From positions 53,646-117,645 of the forward strand of contig QPMI01000185.1 in the NCBI GenBank assembly GCA_004431415.1: a DNA stretch of 64,000 nucleotides, given 5' to 3'. This document shows, one piece after another, positions 49,703-63,800 of this stretch (positions are counted from its first letter, which is position 1; each line of letters opens with the position of its first letter). This stretch comes from Cyanophora paradoxa CCMP329 (lineage: Eukaryota > Plantae > Glaucophyta). The notes beneath the pieces were generated by a model. The model saw only the letters and a program-made list of their open reading frames with translations, did not search any database and was not told where the DNA came from. The position numbers and the translations under genes are program-made.

Positions 49703-51814
49703 ATCTCACCTCTGTTTCATGATTGCCACGGCAGGCCTGCGATCGAGGACCTCCACATGGGAGTCCTCAACCGCCTCCGTGACGCCGGCCTCGCGGATAT
49801 CGAAATTCAAGACCTTGTCTACCAGATGCGCGGCGGGAGCGAGCAGCGCGCCAGCCGCGTGGCTCTGCGGGGACTCGAAGCGGCGGGCCGCCTCACCATG
49901 CTCTCGCAGGACGGCTCTCTTCAGGACCGGCGCCGCTGGCTGCCGCTCACCCCCATGTTCGACTTCCGCCCCGACCCCCTCCAGAAGGCCTGGATCGCCT
50001 ATGTTTACGGCGAGCCCTCTGCAGACAGCACCATCATCTTTTAGCCTGCTGTTCAGGGTTAGGGGTAGGCCGTGCGAACACAGTTGATGCGCAGAGTTTT
50101 TTCGCTCCAGAACAATCTTTCATATACAGTGCGCTCAATCTCGCCGTTCATTCAGGCTTTTCTTTATTCGGTTAGATCGCAGCGTCTGCTTATCAGCCCT
50201 TTTCTACTCTTTACAATCACATATAATCTGTCTCTATCTTTACTACTTCAACCTGCCGCGCGCGCTGGGCCGGGGTCGATCTACATCTGCCCCGTGCATG
50301 TTCGTGCCAACATCGCGCGGCAGGATCGCTTCGTCGTTCGCTTTGTCGGGTGCGTGAACATTCATTCAACTGGACTGCCCATATCTAGATCTCACCTCTG
50401 TTTCATGATTGCCACGGCAGGCCTGCGATCGAGGACCTCCACATGGGAGTCCTCAACCGCCTCCGTGACGCCGGCCTCGCGGATATCGAAATTCAAGACC
50501 TTGTCTACCAGATGCGCGGCGGGAGCGAGCAGCGCGCCAGCCGCGTGGCTCTGTGGGGACTCGAAGTGGCGGGCCGCCTCACCATGCTCTCGCAGGACGG
50601 CTCTCTTCAGGACCGGCGCCGCTGGCTGCCGCTCACCCCCATGTTCGACTTCCGCCCCGACCCCCTCCAGAAGGCCTGGATCGCCTATGTTTACGGCGAG
50701 CCCTCTGCAGACAGCACCATCATCTTTTAGCCTGCTGTTCAGGGTTAGGGGTAGGCCGTGCGAACACAGTTGATGCGCAGAGTTTTTTCGCTCCAGAACA
50801 ATCTTTCATATACAGTGCGCTCAATCTCGCCGTTCATTCAGGCTTTTCTTTATTCGGTTAGATCGCAGCGTCTGCTTATCAGCCCTTTTCTACTCTTTAC
50901 AATCACATATAATCTGTCTCTATCTTTACTACTTCAACCTGCCGCGCGCGCTGGGCGGGGTCGATCTACATCTGCCCGTGCATGTTCGTGCCAACATCGC
51001 GCGGCAGGATCGCTTCGTCGTTCGCTTTGTCGGGTGCGTGAACATTCATTCAACTGGACTGCCCATATCTAGATCTCACCTCTGTTTCATGATTGCCACG
51101 GCAGGCCTGCGATCGAGGACCTCCACATGGGAGTCCTCAACCGCCTCCGTGACGCCGGCCTCGCGGATATCGAAATTCAAGACCTTGTCTACCAGATGCG
51201 CGGCGGGAGCGAGCAGCGCGCCAGCCGCGTGGCTCTGCGGGGACTCGAAGCGGCGGGCCGCCTCACCATGCTCTCGCAGGACGGCTCTCTTCAGGACCGG
51301 CGCCGCTGGCTGCCGCTCACCCCCATGTTCGACTTCCGCCCCGACCCCCTCCAGAAGGCCTGGATCGCCTATGTTTACGGCGAGCCCTCTGCAGACAGCA
51401 CCATCATCTTTTAGCCTGCTGTTCAGGGTTAGGGGTAGGCCGTGCGAACACAGTTGATGCGCAGAGTTTTTTCGCTCCAGAACAATCTTTCATATACAGT
51501 GCGCTCAATCTCGCCGTTCATTCAGGCTTTTCTTTATTCGGTTAGATCGCAGCGTCTGCTTATCAGCCCTTTTCTACTCTTTACAATCACATATAATCTG
51601 TCTCTATCTTTACTACTTCAACCTGCCGCGCGCGCTGGGCCGGGGTCAATCTACATCTGCCCCGTGCATGTTCGTGCCACTAGTACTCTTTCATTAGATC
51701 CAGATTCCCCCCTTGCACCCCCGGCGCGCCAAAACGCGGCCGGGCCACTAGTAATTAGAACGAAAGCTATATAGCAGCTATAACGAGAGATACACTCAGA
51801 TCCCTGGGCAAAGC

Positions 51815-54800
51815 AAGCCTGGGCTTGGGGCCAGCTCTCTTTCTTCTGATTCTGATTCCCATTCTCTCAATTTAAAATCAGGACCTGCCGCGCGGGGCCA
51901 GCCTGGGCTTGGGGCCCCGCGTGCGGTTTCTGATTCCCTTCCCCCCAATTTAAAATCAGGACCTGCCGCGCGGGGCCAGCCTGCGGACCCCGCGTGCGGT
52001 TTCTGATTCCCATTCTCTCAATTTAAAATCAGGACCTGCCGCGCGGGCCAGCCAGGGCTTGGGGCCCGCGTGCGGTTTCTGATTCCATTCTCTCAATTTA
52101 AATCAGGACTGCGCGCGGGCCAGCCTGCGGACCCCGCGTGCGTTTCTGATTCCCATTCTCTCAATTTTAAATCAGGACTGCCGCGCGGGCCAGCCTGCGG
52201 ACCCGCGTGCGGTTTCTGATTCCATTCTCTCAATTTAAAATCAGGACCTGCGCGCGGGCCAGCCTGGGCTTGGGGCCCGCGTGCGGTTTCTGATTCCTTC
52301 CCCCAATTTAAATCAGGACCTGCCGCGCGGGCCAGCCTGCGGACCCGCGTGCGGTTTCTGATTCCCATTCTCTCAATTCAAAATCAGGACCTGCCGCGCG
52401 GGCCAGCCTGGCTTGGGGCCCGCGTGCGGTTTCTGATTCCCTTCCTCCAATTTAAAATCAGGACCTGCCGCGCGGGCCAGCCTGCGGACCCGCGTGCGGT
52501 TTCTGATTCCCATTCTCTCATTTAAAATCAGGACCTGCCGCGCGGGGCCAGCCTGGGCTTGGGGCCCCGCGTGCGGTTTCTGATTCCTTCCCCCAATTTA
52601 AAATCAGGACCTGCCGCGCGGGGCCAGCCTGCGGACCCCGCGTGCGGTTTCTGATTCCCATTCTCTCAATTTTAAATCAGGACCTGCCGCGCGGGGCCAG
52701 CCTGGGCTTGGGGCCCCGCGTGCGGTTTCTGATTCCCTTCCCCCCAATTTAAAATCAGGACCTGCCGCGCGGGGCCAGCCTGCGGACCCCGCGTGCGGTT
52801 TCTGATTCCCATTCTCTCAATTTAAAATCAGGACCTGCCGCGCGGGCCAGCCTGGGCTTGGGCCCGCGTGCGGTTTCTGATTCCCTTCCCCCAATTTAAA
52901 ATCAGGACCTGCCGCGCGGGCCAGCCTGCGGACCCCGCGTGCGGTTTCTGATTCCCATTCTCTCAATTTAAAATCAGGACCTGCCGCGCGGGCCAGCCTG
53001 GGCTTGGGGCCCCGCGTGCGGTTTCTGATTCCCTTCCCTCCAATTTAAAATCAGGACCTGCCGCGCGGGGCCAGCCTGCGGACCCGCGTGCGGTTTCTGA
53101 TTCCATTCTCTCAATTTAAAATCAGGACCTGCCGCGCGGGGCCAGCCTGGGCTTGGGGCCCCGCGTGCGGTTTCTGATTCCCTTCCCCCAATTTAAAATC
53201 AGGACCTGCCGCGCGGGCCAGCCTGCGGACCCCGCGTGCGGTTTCTGATTCCCATTCTCTCAATTTAAAATCAGGACCTGCCGCGCGGGCCAGCCTGGCT
53301 TGGGGCCCGCGTGCGGTTTCTGATTCCTTCCCCCAATTTAAAATCAGGACCTGCCGCGCGGGGCCAGCCTGCGGACCCGCGTGCGGTTTCTGATTCCCAT
53401 TCTCTCAATTTAAAATCAGGACCTGCCGCGCGGGGCAGCCTGGGCTTGGGGCCCGCGTGCGGTTTCTGATTCCCTTCCCCCAATTTAAAATCAGGACCTG
53501 CCGCGCGGGGCCAGCCTGCGGACCCCGCGTGCGGTTTCTGATTCCCATTCTCTCAATTTAAAATCAGGACCTGCCGCGCGGGGCCAGCCTGCGGACCCCG
53601 CGTGCGGTTTCTGATTCCCTTCCCCCCAGTTTAAAATCAGGACCTGCCGCGCGGGGCCAGCCTGCGGACCCCGCGTGCGGTTTCTGATTCCCATTCTCTC
53701 AATTTAAAATCAGGACCTGCCGCGCGGGCCAGCCTGGCTTGAGGCCCGCGTGCGGTTTCTGATTCCCTTCCCCCCAATTTAAAATCAGGACCTGCCGCGC
53801 GGGGCCAGCCTGGGCTTGGGGCCCCGCGTGCGGTTTCTGATTCCCATTCTCTCAATTTAAAATCAGGACCTGCCGCGCGGGGCCAGCCTGGGCTTGGGGC
53901 CCCGCGTGCGGTTTCTGATTCCCTTCCCCCCAATTTAAAATCAGGACCTGCCGCGCGGGGCCAGCCTGCGGACCCCACGTGCGGTTTCTGATTCCCATTC
54001 TCTCAATTTAAAATCAGGACCTGCTGCGCGGGGCCAGCCTGGGCTTTGGGCCCCGCGTGCGGTTTCTGATTCCCTTCCCCCCAATTTAAAATCAGGACCT
54101 GCCGCGCGGGGCCAGCCTGCGGACCCCGCGTGCGGTTTCTGATTCCCATTCTCTCAATTTAAAATCAGGACCTGCCGCGCGGGGCCAGCCTGGGCTTGAG
54201 GCCCCGCGTGCGGTTTCTGATTCCCTTCCCCCCAATTTAAAATCAGGACCTGCCGCGCGGGGCCAGCCTGGGCTTGGGGCCCCGCGTGCGGTTTCTGATT
54301 CCCATTCTCTCAATTTAAAATCAGGACCTGCCGCGCGGGGCCAGCCTGCGGACCCCGCTTGCGGTTTCTGATTCCCATTCTCTCAAATTTAAAATCAGGA
54401 CCTGCCGCGCGGGGCCAGCCTGCGGACCCCGCGTGCGGTTTCTGATTCCCATTCTCTCAATTTAAAATCAGGACCTGCCGCGCGGGGCCAGCCTGGGCTT
54501 GGGGCCCGCGTGCGGTTTCTGAGTCCCTTCCCCCAATTTAAAATCAGGACCTGCCGCGCGGGCCAGCCTGCGGACCCGCGTGCGGTTTCTGATTCCCATT
54601 CTCTCAATTTAAAATCAGGACCTGCCGCGCGGGGCCAGCCTGGGCTTGGGGCCCCGCGTGCGGTTTCTGATTCCCTTCCCCCCAATTTAAAATCAGGACC
54701 TGCCGCGCGGGGCCAGCCTGCGGACCCCGCGTGCGGTTTCTGATTCCCATTCTCTCAATTCAAAATCAGGACCTGCCGCGCGGGGCCAGCCTGGGCTTGG

Positions 54801-57800
54801 GGCCCCGCGTGCGGTTTCTGATTCCCTTCCCCCAATTTAAAATCAGGACCTGCCGCGCGGGGCCAGCCTGCGGACCCGCGTGCGGTTTCTGATTCCCATT
54901 CTCTCAATTTAAAATCAGGACCTGCCGCGCGGGCCAGCCTGGGCTTGGGCCCCGCGTGCGGTTTCTGATTCCCTTCCCCCCAATTTAAAATCAGGACCTG
55001 CCGCGCGGGCCAGCCTGCGGACCCGCGTGCGGTTTCTGATTCCCATTCTCTCAATTTAAAATCAGGACCTGCCGCGCGGGGCCAGCCTGGGCTTGGGGCC
55101 CGCGTGCGGTTTCTGATTCCCTTCCCCCCAATTTAAAATCAGGACCTGCCGCGCGGGGCCAGCCTGCGGACCCGCGTGCGGTTTCTGATTCCCATTCCCT
55201 CAATTTAAAATCAGGACCTGCCGCGCGGGGCCAGCCTGGCTTGGGCCCGCGTGCGGTTTCTGATTCCCTTCCCCCAATTTAAAATCAGGACCTGCCGCGC
55301 GGGCCAGCCTGCGGACCCCGCGTGCGGTTTCTGATTCCCATTCTCTCAATTTAAAATCAGGACCTGCCGCGCGGGGCCAGCCTGCGGACCCCGCGTGCGG
55401 TTTCTGATTCCCTTCCCCCCAGTTTAAAATCAGGACCTGCCGCGCGGGGCCAGCCTGCGGACCCCGCGTGCGGTTTCTGATTCCCATTCTCTCAATTTAA
55501 AATCAGGACCTGCCGCGCGGGGCCAGCCTGGGCTTGAGGCCCCGCGTGCGGTTTCTGATTCCCTTCCCCCCAATTTAAAATCAGGACCTGCCGCGCGGGG
55601 CCAGCCTGGGCTTGGGGCCCCGCGTGCGGTTTCTGATTCCCATTCTCTCAATTTAAAATCAGGACCTGCCGCGCGGGGCCAGCCTGGGCTTGGGCCCCGC
55701 GTGCGGTTTCTGATTCCTTCCCCCCAATTTAAAATCAGGACCTGCCGCGCGGGGCCAGCCTGCGGACCCCACGTGCGGTTTCTGATTCCCATTCTCTCAA
55801 TTTAAAATCAGGACCTGCCGCGCGGGGCCAGCCTGGCTTGGGCCCCGCGTGCGGTTTCTGATTCCTTCCCCCAATTTAAAATCAGGACCTGCCGCGCGGG
55901 GCCAGCCTGCGGACCCCGCGTGCGGTTTCTGATTCCCATTCTCTCAATTTAAAATCAGGACCTGCCGCGCGGGCCAGCCTGGCTTGGGCCCCGCGTGCGG
56001 TTTCTGATTCCCTTCCCCCAATTTAAAATCAGGACCTGCCGCGCGGGCCAGCCTGGGCTTGGGCCCGCGTGCGGTTTCTGATTCCCATTCTCTCAATTTA
56101 AAATCAGGACCTGCCGCGCGGGCCAGCCTGCGGACCCCGCGTGCGGTTTCTGATTCCCATTCTCTCAATTTAAAATCAGGACCTGCCGCGCGGGCCAGCC
56201 AGGGCTTGGGGCCCCGCGTGCGGTTTCTGATTCCCTTCCCCCCAATTTAAAATCAGCCCCTGCCGCGCGGGGCCAGCCTGCGGACCCCGCGTGCGGTTTC
56301 TGATTCCCATTCTCTCAATTTAAAATCAGGACCTGCCGCGCGGGGCCAGCCTGGGCTTGGGGCCCCGCGTGCGGTTTCTGATTCCCTTCCCCCCAATTTA
56401 AAATCAGGACCTGCCGCGCGGGGCCAGCCTGCGGACCCCGCGTGCGGTTTCTGATTCCCATTCTCTCAATTTAAAATCAGGACCTGCCGCGCGGGCCAGC
56501 CTGGGCTTGGGCCCGCGTGCGGTTTCTGATTCCCTTCCCCCAATTTAAAATCAGGACCTGCCGCGCGGGCCAGCCTGCGGACCCGCGTGCGGTTTCTGAT
56601 TCCCACCCCGCGTGCGGTTTCTGATTCCCATTCTCTCAATTTAAAATCAGGACCTGCCGCGCGGGGCCAGCCTGGGCTTGGGGCCCCGCGTGCGGTTTCT
56701 GATTCCCTTCCCCCCAATTTAAAATCAGGACCTGCCGCGCGGGGCCAGCCTGCGGACCCCGCGTGCGGTTTCTGATTCCCTTCCCCCCAATTTAACATCA
56801 GGACCTGCCGCGCGGGGCCAGCCTGCGGACCCCGCGTGCGGTTTCTGATTCCCATTCTCTCAATTTAAAATCAGGACCTGCCGCGCGGGGCCCGCCTGGG
56901 CTTGGGGCCCCGCGTGCGGTTTCTGATTCCCTTTCCCCCAATTTAAAATCAGGACCTGCCGCGCGGGGCCAGCCTGCGGACCCCGCGTGCGGTTTCTGAT
57001 TCCCACCCCGCGTGCGGTTTCTGATTCCCATTCTCTCAATTTAAAATCAGGACCTGCCGCGCGGGGCCAGCCTGGGCTTGGGGCCCCGCGTGCAATTTCT
57101 GATTCCCTTCCCCCCAATTTAAAATCAGGACCTGCCGCGCGGGGCCAGCCTGCGGACCCCGCGTGCGGTTTCTGATTCCCATTCTCTCAATTTAAAATCA
57201 GGATTTGCCGCGCGGGGCCAGCCTGCGGACCCCGCGTGCGGTTTCTGATTCCCATTCTCTCAATTTAAACTCAGGACCTGCCGCGCGGGGCCAGCCTGGG
57301 CTTGGGGCCCCGCGTGCGGTTTCTGATTCCCTTCCCCCCAATTTAACATCAGGACCTGCCGCGCGGGGCCAGCCTGCGGACCCCGCGTGCGGTTTCTGAT
57401 TCCCATTCTCTCAATTTAAAATCAGGACCTGCCGCGCTGGGCCCGCCTGGGCTTGGGGCCCCGCGTGCGGTTTCTGATTCCCTTCCCCCCAATTTAAAAT
57501 CAGGACCTGCCGCGCGGGGCCAGCCTGGGGACCCCGCGTGCGGTTTCTGATTCCCACCCCGCGTGCGGTTTCTGATTCCCATTCTCTCAATTTAAAATCA
57601 GGACCTGCCGCGCGGGGCCAGCCTGGGCTTGGGGCCCCGCGTGCGGTTTCTGATTCCCTTCCCCCCAATTTAAAATCAGGACCTGCCGCGCGGGGCCAGC
57701 CTGCGGACCCCGCGTGCGGTTTCTGATTCCCATTCTCTCAATTTAAAATCAGGACCTGCCGCGCGGGGCCAGCCTGCGGACCCCGCGTGCGGTTTCTGAT

Positions 57801-60800
57801 TCCCATTCTCTCAATTTAAAATCAGGACCTGCCGCGCGGGGCCAGCCTGGGCTTGGGGCCCCGCGTGCGGTTTCTGATTCCCTTCCCCCCAATTTAAAAT
57901 CAGGACCTGCCGCGCGGGGCCAGCCTGCGGACCCCGCGTGCGGTTTCTGATTCCCATTCTCTCAATTTAAAATCAGGACCTGCCGCGCGGGGCCAGCCTG
58001 GGCTTGGGGCCCCGCGTGCGGTTTCTGATTCCCTTCCCCCCAATTTAAAATCAGGACCTGCCGCGCGGGGCCAGCCTGCGGACCCCGCGTGCGGTTTCTG
58101 ATTCCCATTCTCTCAATTTAAAATCAGGACCTGCCGCGCGGGGCCAGCCAGGGCTTGGGGCCCCGCGTGCGGTTTCTGATTCCCTTCCCCCCAATTTAAA
58201 ATCAGGACCTGCCGCGCGGGGCCAGCCTGCGGACCCCGCGTGCGGTTTCTGATTCCCATTCTCTCAATTTAAAATCAGGACCTGCCGCGCGGGGCCAGCC
58301 TGGGCTTGGGGCCCCGCGTGCGGTTTCTGATTCCCTTCCCCCCAATTTAAAATCAGGACCTGCCGCGCGGGGCCAGCCTGCGGACCCCGCGTGCGGTTTC
58401 TGATTCCCATTCTCTCAATTTAAACTCAGGACCTGCCGCGCGGGCCAGCCTGGGCTTGGGGCCCCGCGTGCGGTTTCTGATTCCCTTCCCCCCAATTTAA
58501 AATCAGGACCTGCCGCGCGGGGCCAGCCTGCGGACCCCGCGTGCGGTTTCTGATTCCCATTCTCTCAATTTAAAATCAGGACCTGCCGCGCGGGGCCAGC
58601 CAGGGCTTGGGGCCCCGCGTGCGGTTTCTGATTCCCTTCCCCCCAATTTAAAATCAGGACCTGCCGCGCGGGGCCAGCCTGCGGACCCCGCGTGCGGTTT
58701 CTGATTCCCATTCTCTCAATTTAAAATCAGGACCTGCCGCGCGGCGCCAGCCTGGGCTTGGGGCCCCGCGTGCGGTTTCTGATTCCCTTTCTCTCAATTT
58801 AAAATCAGGACCTGCCGCGCGGGGCCAGCCTGGGCTTGGGGCCCCGCGTGCGGTTTCTGATTCCCATTCTCTCAATTTAAAATCAGGACCTGCCGCGCGG
58901 GGCCAGCCTGGGCTTGGGGCCCCGCGTGCGGTTTCTGATTCCCTTCCCCCCAATTTAAAATCAGGACCTGCCGCGCGGGGCCAGCCTGCGGACCCCGCGT
59001 GCGGTTTCTGATTCCCATTCTCTCAATTTAAAATCAGGACCTGCCGCGCGGGGCCAGCCTGGGCTTGGGGCCCCGCGTGCGGTTTCTGATTCCCTTCCCC
59101 CCAATTTAAAATCAGGACCTGCCGCGCGGGGCCAGCCTGCGGACCCCGCGTGCGGTTTCTGATTCCCATTCTCTCAATTTAAAATCAGGACCTGCCGCGC
59201 GGGGCCAGCCTGGGCTTGGGGCCCCGCGTGCGGTTTCTGATTCCCTTCCCCCCAATTTAAAATCAGGACCTGCCGCGCGGGGCCAGCCTGCGGACCCCGC
59301 GTGCGGTTTCTGATTCCCATTCTCTCAATTTAAAATCAGGACCTGCCGCGCGGGGCCAGCCTGGGCTTGGGGCCCCGCGTGCGGTTTCTGATTCCCTTCC
59401 CCCCAATTTAAAATCAGGACCTGCCGCGCGGGGCCAGCCTGCGGACCCCGCGTGCAGTTTCTGATTCCCATTCTCTCAATTTAAACTCAGGACCTGCCGC
59501 GCGGGGCCAGCCTGGGCTTGGGGCCCCGCGTGCGGTTTCTGATTCCCTTCCCCCCAATTTAAAATCAGGACCTGCCGCGCGGGGCCAGCCTGCGGACCCC
59601 GCGTGCGGTTTCTGATTCCCATTCTCTCAATTTAAAATCAGGACCTGCCGCGCGGGGCCAGCCTGGGCTTGGGGCTCCGCGTGCGGTTTCTGAGTCCCTT
59701 CCCCCCAATTTAAAATCAGGACCTGCCGCGCGGGCCAGCCTGCGGACCCCGCGTGCGGTTTCTGATTCCCATTCTCTCAATTTAAAATCAGGACCTGCCG
59801 CGCGGGGCCAGCCAGGGCTTGGGGCCCCGCGTGCGGTTTCTGATTCCCTTCCCCCCAATTAAAAATCAGGACCTGCCGCGCGGGGCCAGCCTGGGCTTGG
59901 GGCCCCGCGTGCGGTTTCTGATTCCCTTCCCCCCAATTTAAAATCAGGACCTGCCGCGCGGGGCCAGCCTGCGGACCCCGCGTGCGGTTTCTGATTCCCA
60001 TTCTCTCAATTTAAAATCAGGACCTGCCGCGCGGGGCCAGCCTGGGCTTGGGGCCCCGCGTGCGGTTTCTGATTCCCTTCCCCCCAATTTAAAATCAGGA
60101 CCTGCCGCGCGGGGCCAGCCTGCGGACCCCGCGTGCGGTTTCTGATTCCCATTCTCTCAATTTAAAATCAGGACCTGCCGCGCGGGGCCAGCCTGGGCTT
60201 GGGGCCCCGCGTGCGGTTTCTGAGTCCCTTCCCCCCAATTTAAAATCAGGCCCTGCCGCGCGGGGCCAGCCTGCGGACCCCGCGTGCGGTTTCTGATTCC
60301 CATTCTCTCAATTTAAAATCAGGACCTGCTGCGCGGCGCCAGCCTGGGCTTGGGGCCCCGCGTGCGGTTTCTGATTCCCTTTCTCTCAATTTAAAATCAG
60401 GACCTGCCGCGCGGGGCCAGCCTGGGCTTGGGGCCCCGCGTGCGGTTTCTGATTCCCATTCTCTCAATTTAAAATCAGGACCTGCCGCGCGGGGCCAGCC
60501 TGGGCTTGGGGCCCCGCGTGCGGTTTCTGATTCCCTTCCCCCCAATTTAAAATCAGGACCTGCCGCGGGGCCAGCCTGCGGACCCCGCGTGCGGTTTCTG
60601 ATTCCCATTCTCTCAATTTAAAATCAGGACCTGCCGCGCGGGCCAGCCTGGGCTTGGGCCCCGCGTGCGGTTCTGATTCCCTTCCCCCAATTTAAAATCA
60701 GGACCTGCCGCGCGGGCCAGCCTGCGGACCCCACGTGCGGTTTCTGAGTCCCTTCCCCCAATTTAAATCAGGACCTGCCGCGCGGGCCAGCCTGGCTTGG

Positions 60801-63800
60801 GCCCCGCGTGCGGTTTCTGATTCCCTTCCCCCCAATTTAAAATCAGGACCTGCCGCGCGGGCCAGCCTGGCTTGGGCCCCGCGTGCGGTTTCTGATTCCC
60901 TTCCCCCAATTTAAAATCAGGACCTGCCGCGCGGGGCCAGCCTGCGGACCCCGCTGCGGTTTCTGATTCCCATTCTCTCAATTTAAAATCAGGACCTGCC
61001 GCGCGGGCCAGCCTGGGCTGGGGCCCCGCGTGCGGTTTCTGATTCCCTTCCCCCAATTTAAAATCAGGACCTGCCGCGCGGGGCCAGCCTGCGGACCCCG
61101 CGTGCAGTTTCTGATTCCCATTCTCTCAATTTAAACTCAGGACCTGCCGCGCGGGGCCAGCCTGGGCTTGGGGCCCCGCGTGCGGTTTCTGATTCCCTTC
61201 CCCCCAATTTAAAATCAGGACCTGCCGCGCGGGGCCAGCCTGCGGACCCCGCGTGCGGTTTCTGATTCCCATTCTCTCAATTTAAAATCAGGACCTGCCG
61301 CGCGGGGCCAGCCTGGGCTTGGGGCTCCGCGTGCGGTTTCTGAGTCCCTTCCCCCCAATTTAAAATCAGGACCTGCCGCGCGGGGCCAGCCTGCGGACCC
61401 CGCGTGCGGTTTCTGATTCCCATTCTCTCAATTTAAAATCAGGACCTGCCGCGCGGGGCCAGCCAGGGCTTGGGGCCCCGCGTGCGGTTTCTGATTCCCT
61501 TCCCCCCAATTAAAAATCAGGACCTGCCGCGCGGGGCCAGCCTGGGCTTGGGGCCCCGCGTGCGGTTTCTGATTCCCTTCCCCCCAATTTAAAATCAGGA
61601 CCTGCCGCGCGGGGCCAGCCTGCGGACCCCGCGTGCGGTTTCTGATTCCCATTCTCTCAATTTAAAATCAGGACCTGCCGCGCGGGGCCAGCCAGGGCTT
61701 GGGGCCCCGCGTGCGGTTTCTGATTCCCTTCCCCCCAATTTAAAATCAGGACCTGCCGCGCGGGGCCAGCCTGCGGACCCCGCGTGCGGTTTCTGATTCC
61801 CATTCTCTCAATTTAAAATCAGGACCTGCCGCGCGGGGCCAGCCTGGGCTTGGGGCCCGCGTGCGGTTTCTGAGTCCCTTCCCCCCAATTTAAAATCAGG
61901 CCCTGCCGCGCGGGGCCAGCCTGCGGACCCGGTGCGGTTTCTGATTCCCATTCTCTCATTTAAAATCAGGACCTGCTGCGCGGCGCCAGCCTGGGCTTGG
62001 GGCCCCGCGTGCGGTTTCTGATTCCCTTCCCCCCAATTTAAAATCAGGACCTGCCGCGCGGGGCCAGCCTGGGCTTGGGGCCCCGCGTGCGGTTTCTGAT
62101 TCCCATTCTCTCAATTTAAAATCAGGACCTGCCGCGCGGGGCCAGCCGGGCTTGGGGCCCCGCGTGCGGTTTCTGATTCCCTTCCCCCAATTTAAAATCA
62201 GGACCTGCCGCGGGGGCCAGCCTGCGGACCCGCGTGCGGTTTCTGATTCCCATTCTCTCAATTTAAAATCAGGACCTGCCGCGCGGGGCCAGCCTGGGCT
62301 TGGGGCCCCGCGTGCGGTTTCTGATTCCCTTCCCCCAATTTAAAATCAGGACCTGCGCGCGGGGCCAGCCTGCGGACCCCACGTGCGGTTTCTGAGTCCC
62401 TTCCCCCATTTTAAATCAGGACCTGCCGCGGCGGCTCCCGGCGGGGCCAAGCCTCGGGCTTGGGGCCCCGCGTGCGGTTTCTGATTCCCTTCCCCCAATT
62501 TAAAATCAGGACCTGCGCGCGGGGCAGCCTGGCTTGGGGCCCCGCGTGCGGTTTCTGATTCCCTTCCCCCAATTTAAAAATCAGGACCTGCCGCGCGGGC
62601 CAGCCTGCGGACCCCGCGTGCGGTTTCTGATTCCATTCTCTCAATTTAAATCAGGACCTGCCGCGCGGGGCCAGCCTGGGCTTGGGCCCCGCGTGCGGTT
62701 TCTGATTCCCTTCCCCCAATTTAAAATCAGGACCTGCCGCGCGGGGCCAGCCTGCGGACCCCGCGTGCGGTTTCTGATTCCCATTCTCTCAATTTAAATC
62801 AGGACCTGCCGCGCGGGCCAGCCTGGCTTGGGGCCCGCGTGCGGTTTCTGATTCCTTCCCCCAATTTAAAATCAGGACCTGCCGCGCGGGGCCAGCCTGC
62901 GGACTCCCTCGGTGCCCGCGTGCCGGTTTCTGATTCCCTTCTCTCAATTTAAAATCAGGACCTGCGCAGCCGTGGGCCGCGCGGCCAAGCTGCGCGGGGG
63001 CCTGCCGCGTGCGGTTTCTGATTCCCTTCTCATTTAAAATCAGGACCTGCCGCGCGGGGCCAGCCGGCTTGGGGCCCCGCGTGCGGTTTCTGATTCCCTT
63101 CCCCCCAATTTAAAATCAGGACCTGCCGCGCGGGGCCAGCCTGCGGACCCCGCGTGCGGTTTCTGATTCCCTTCCCCCCAATTTAAAATCAGGACCTGCC
63201 GCGCGGGGCCAGCCTGGGCTTGGGGCCCCGCGTGCGGTTTCTGATTCCCTTCCCCCAATTTAAAATCAGGACCTGCCGCGCGGGCCAGCCTGGGACCCCG
63301 CGTGCGGTTTCTGATTCCATCCTCAATTTAAAATCAGGACCTGCCGCGCGGGGCCAGCCAGGGCTTGGGGCCCCGCGTGCGTTTCTGATCCCTCCCCCAA
63401 TTTAAATCAGGACCTGCGCGCGGGCAGCCTGCGGACCCGGTGCGGTTTTGATTCCATTCTCTCAATTAAATCAGGACCTGCCGCGCGGGGCCAGCTGGGC
63501 TTGGGCCCCGCGTGCGGTTTCTGATTCCCTTCCCCCCAATTTAAAATCAGGACCTGCCGCGCGGGGCCAGCCTGGGCTTGGGGCCCCGCGTGCGGTTTCT
63601 GATTCGCCTTCCTCTCAATTTAAAATCAGGACCTGCCGCGCGGGCCCTGGGCTTGGGGCCCCGCGTGCGGTTTCTGATTCCATTCTCTCAATTTAAAATC
63701 AGGACCTGCGCCGGCCAGCCTGGCTGGGGCCCGCGTGCGGTTTCTGATTCCCTCCCCCAATTTAAATCAGGACCTGCCGCGCGGGCCAGCCTGCGCCCCG

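Larger units (their letters stand above)
37711..51679 (+). repeat. Tandem array of six near-identical ~686-bp units, interrupted by a viral fragment and a SINE
   Basis: Units start at 37711, 38397, 39081, 49150, 50310 and 50994 (acatcgcgcggcagg...gttcgtgcca); the last unit ends at 51679. Confidence 0.97.
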
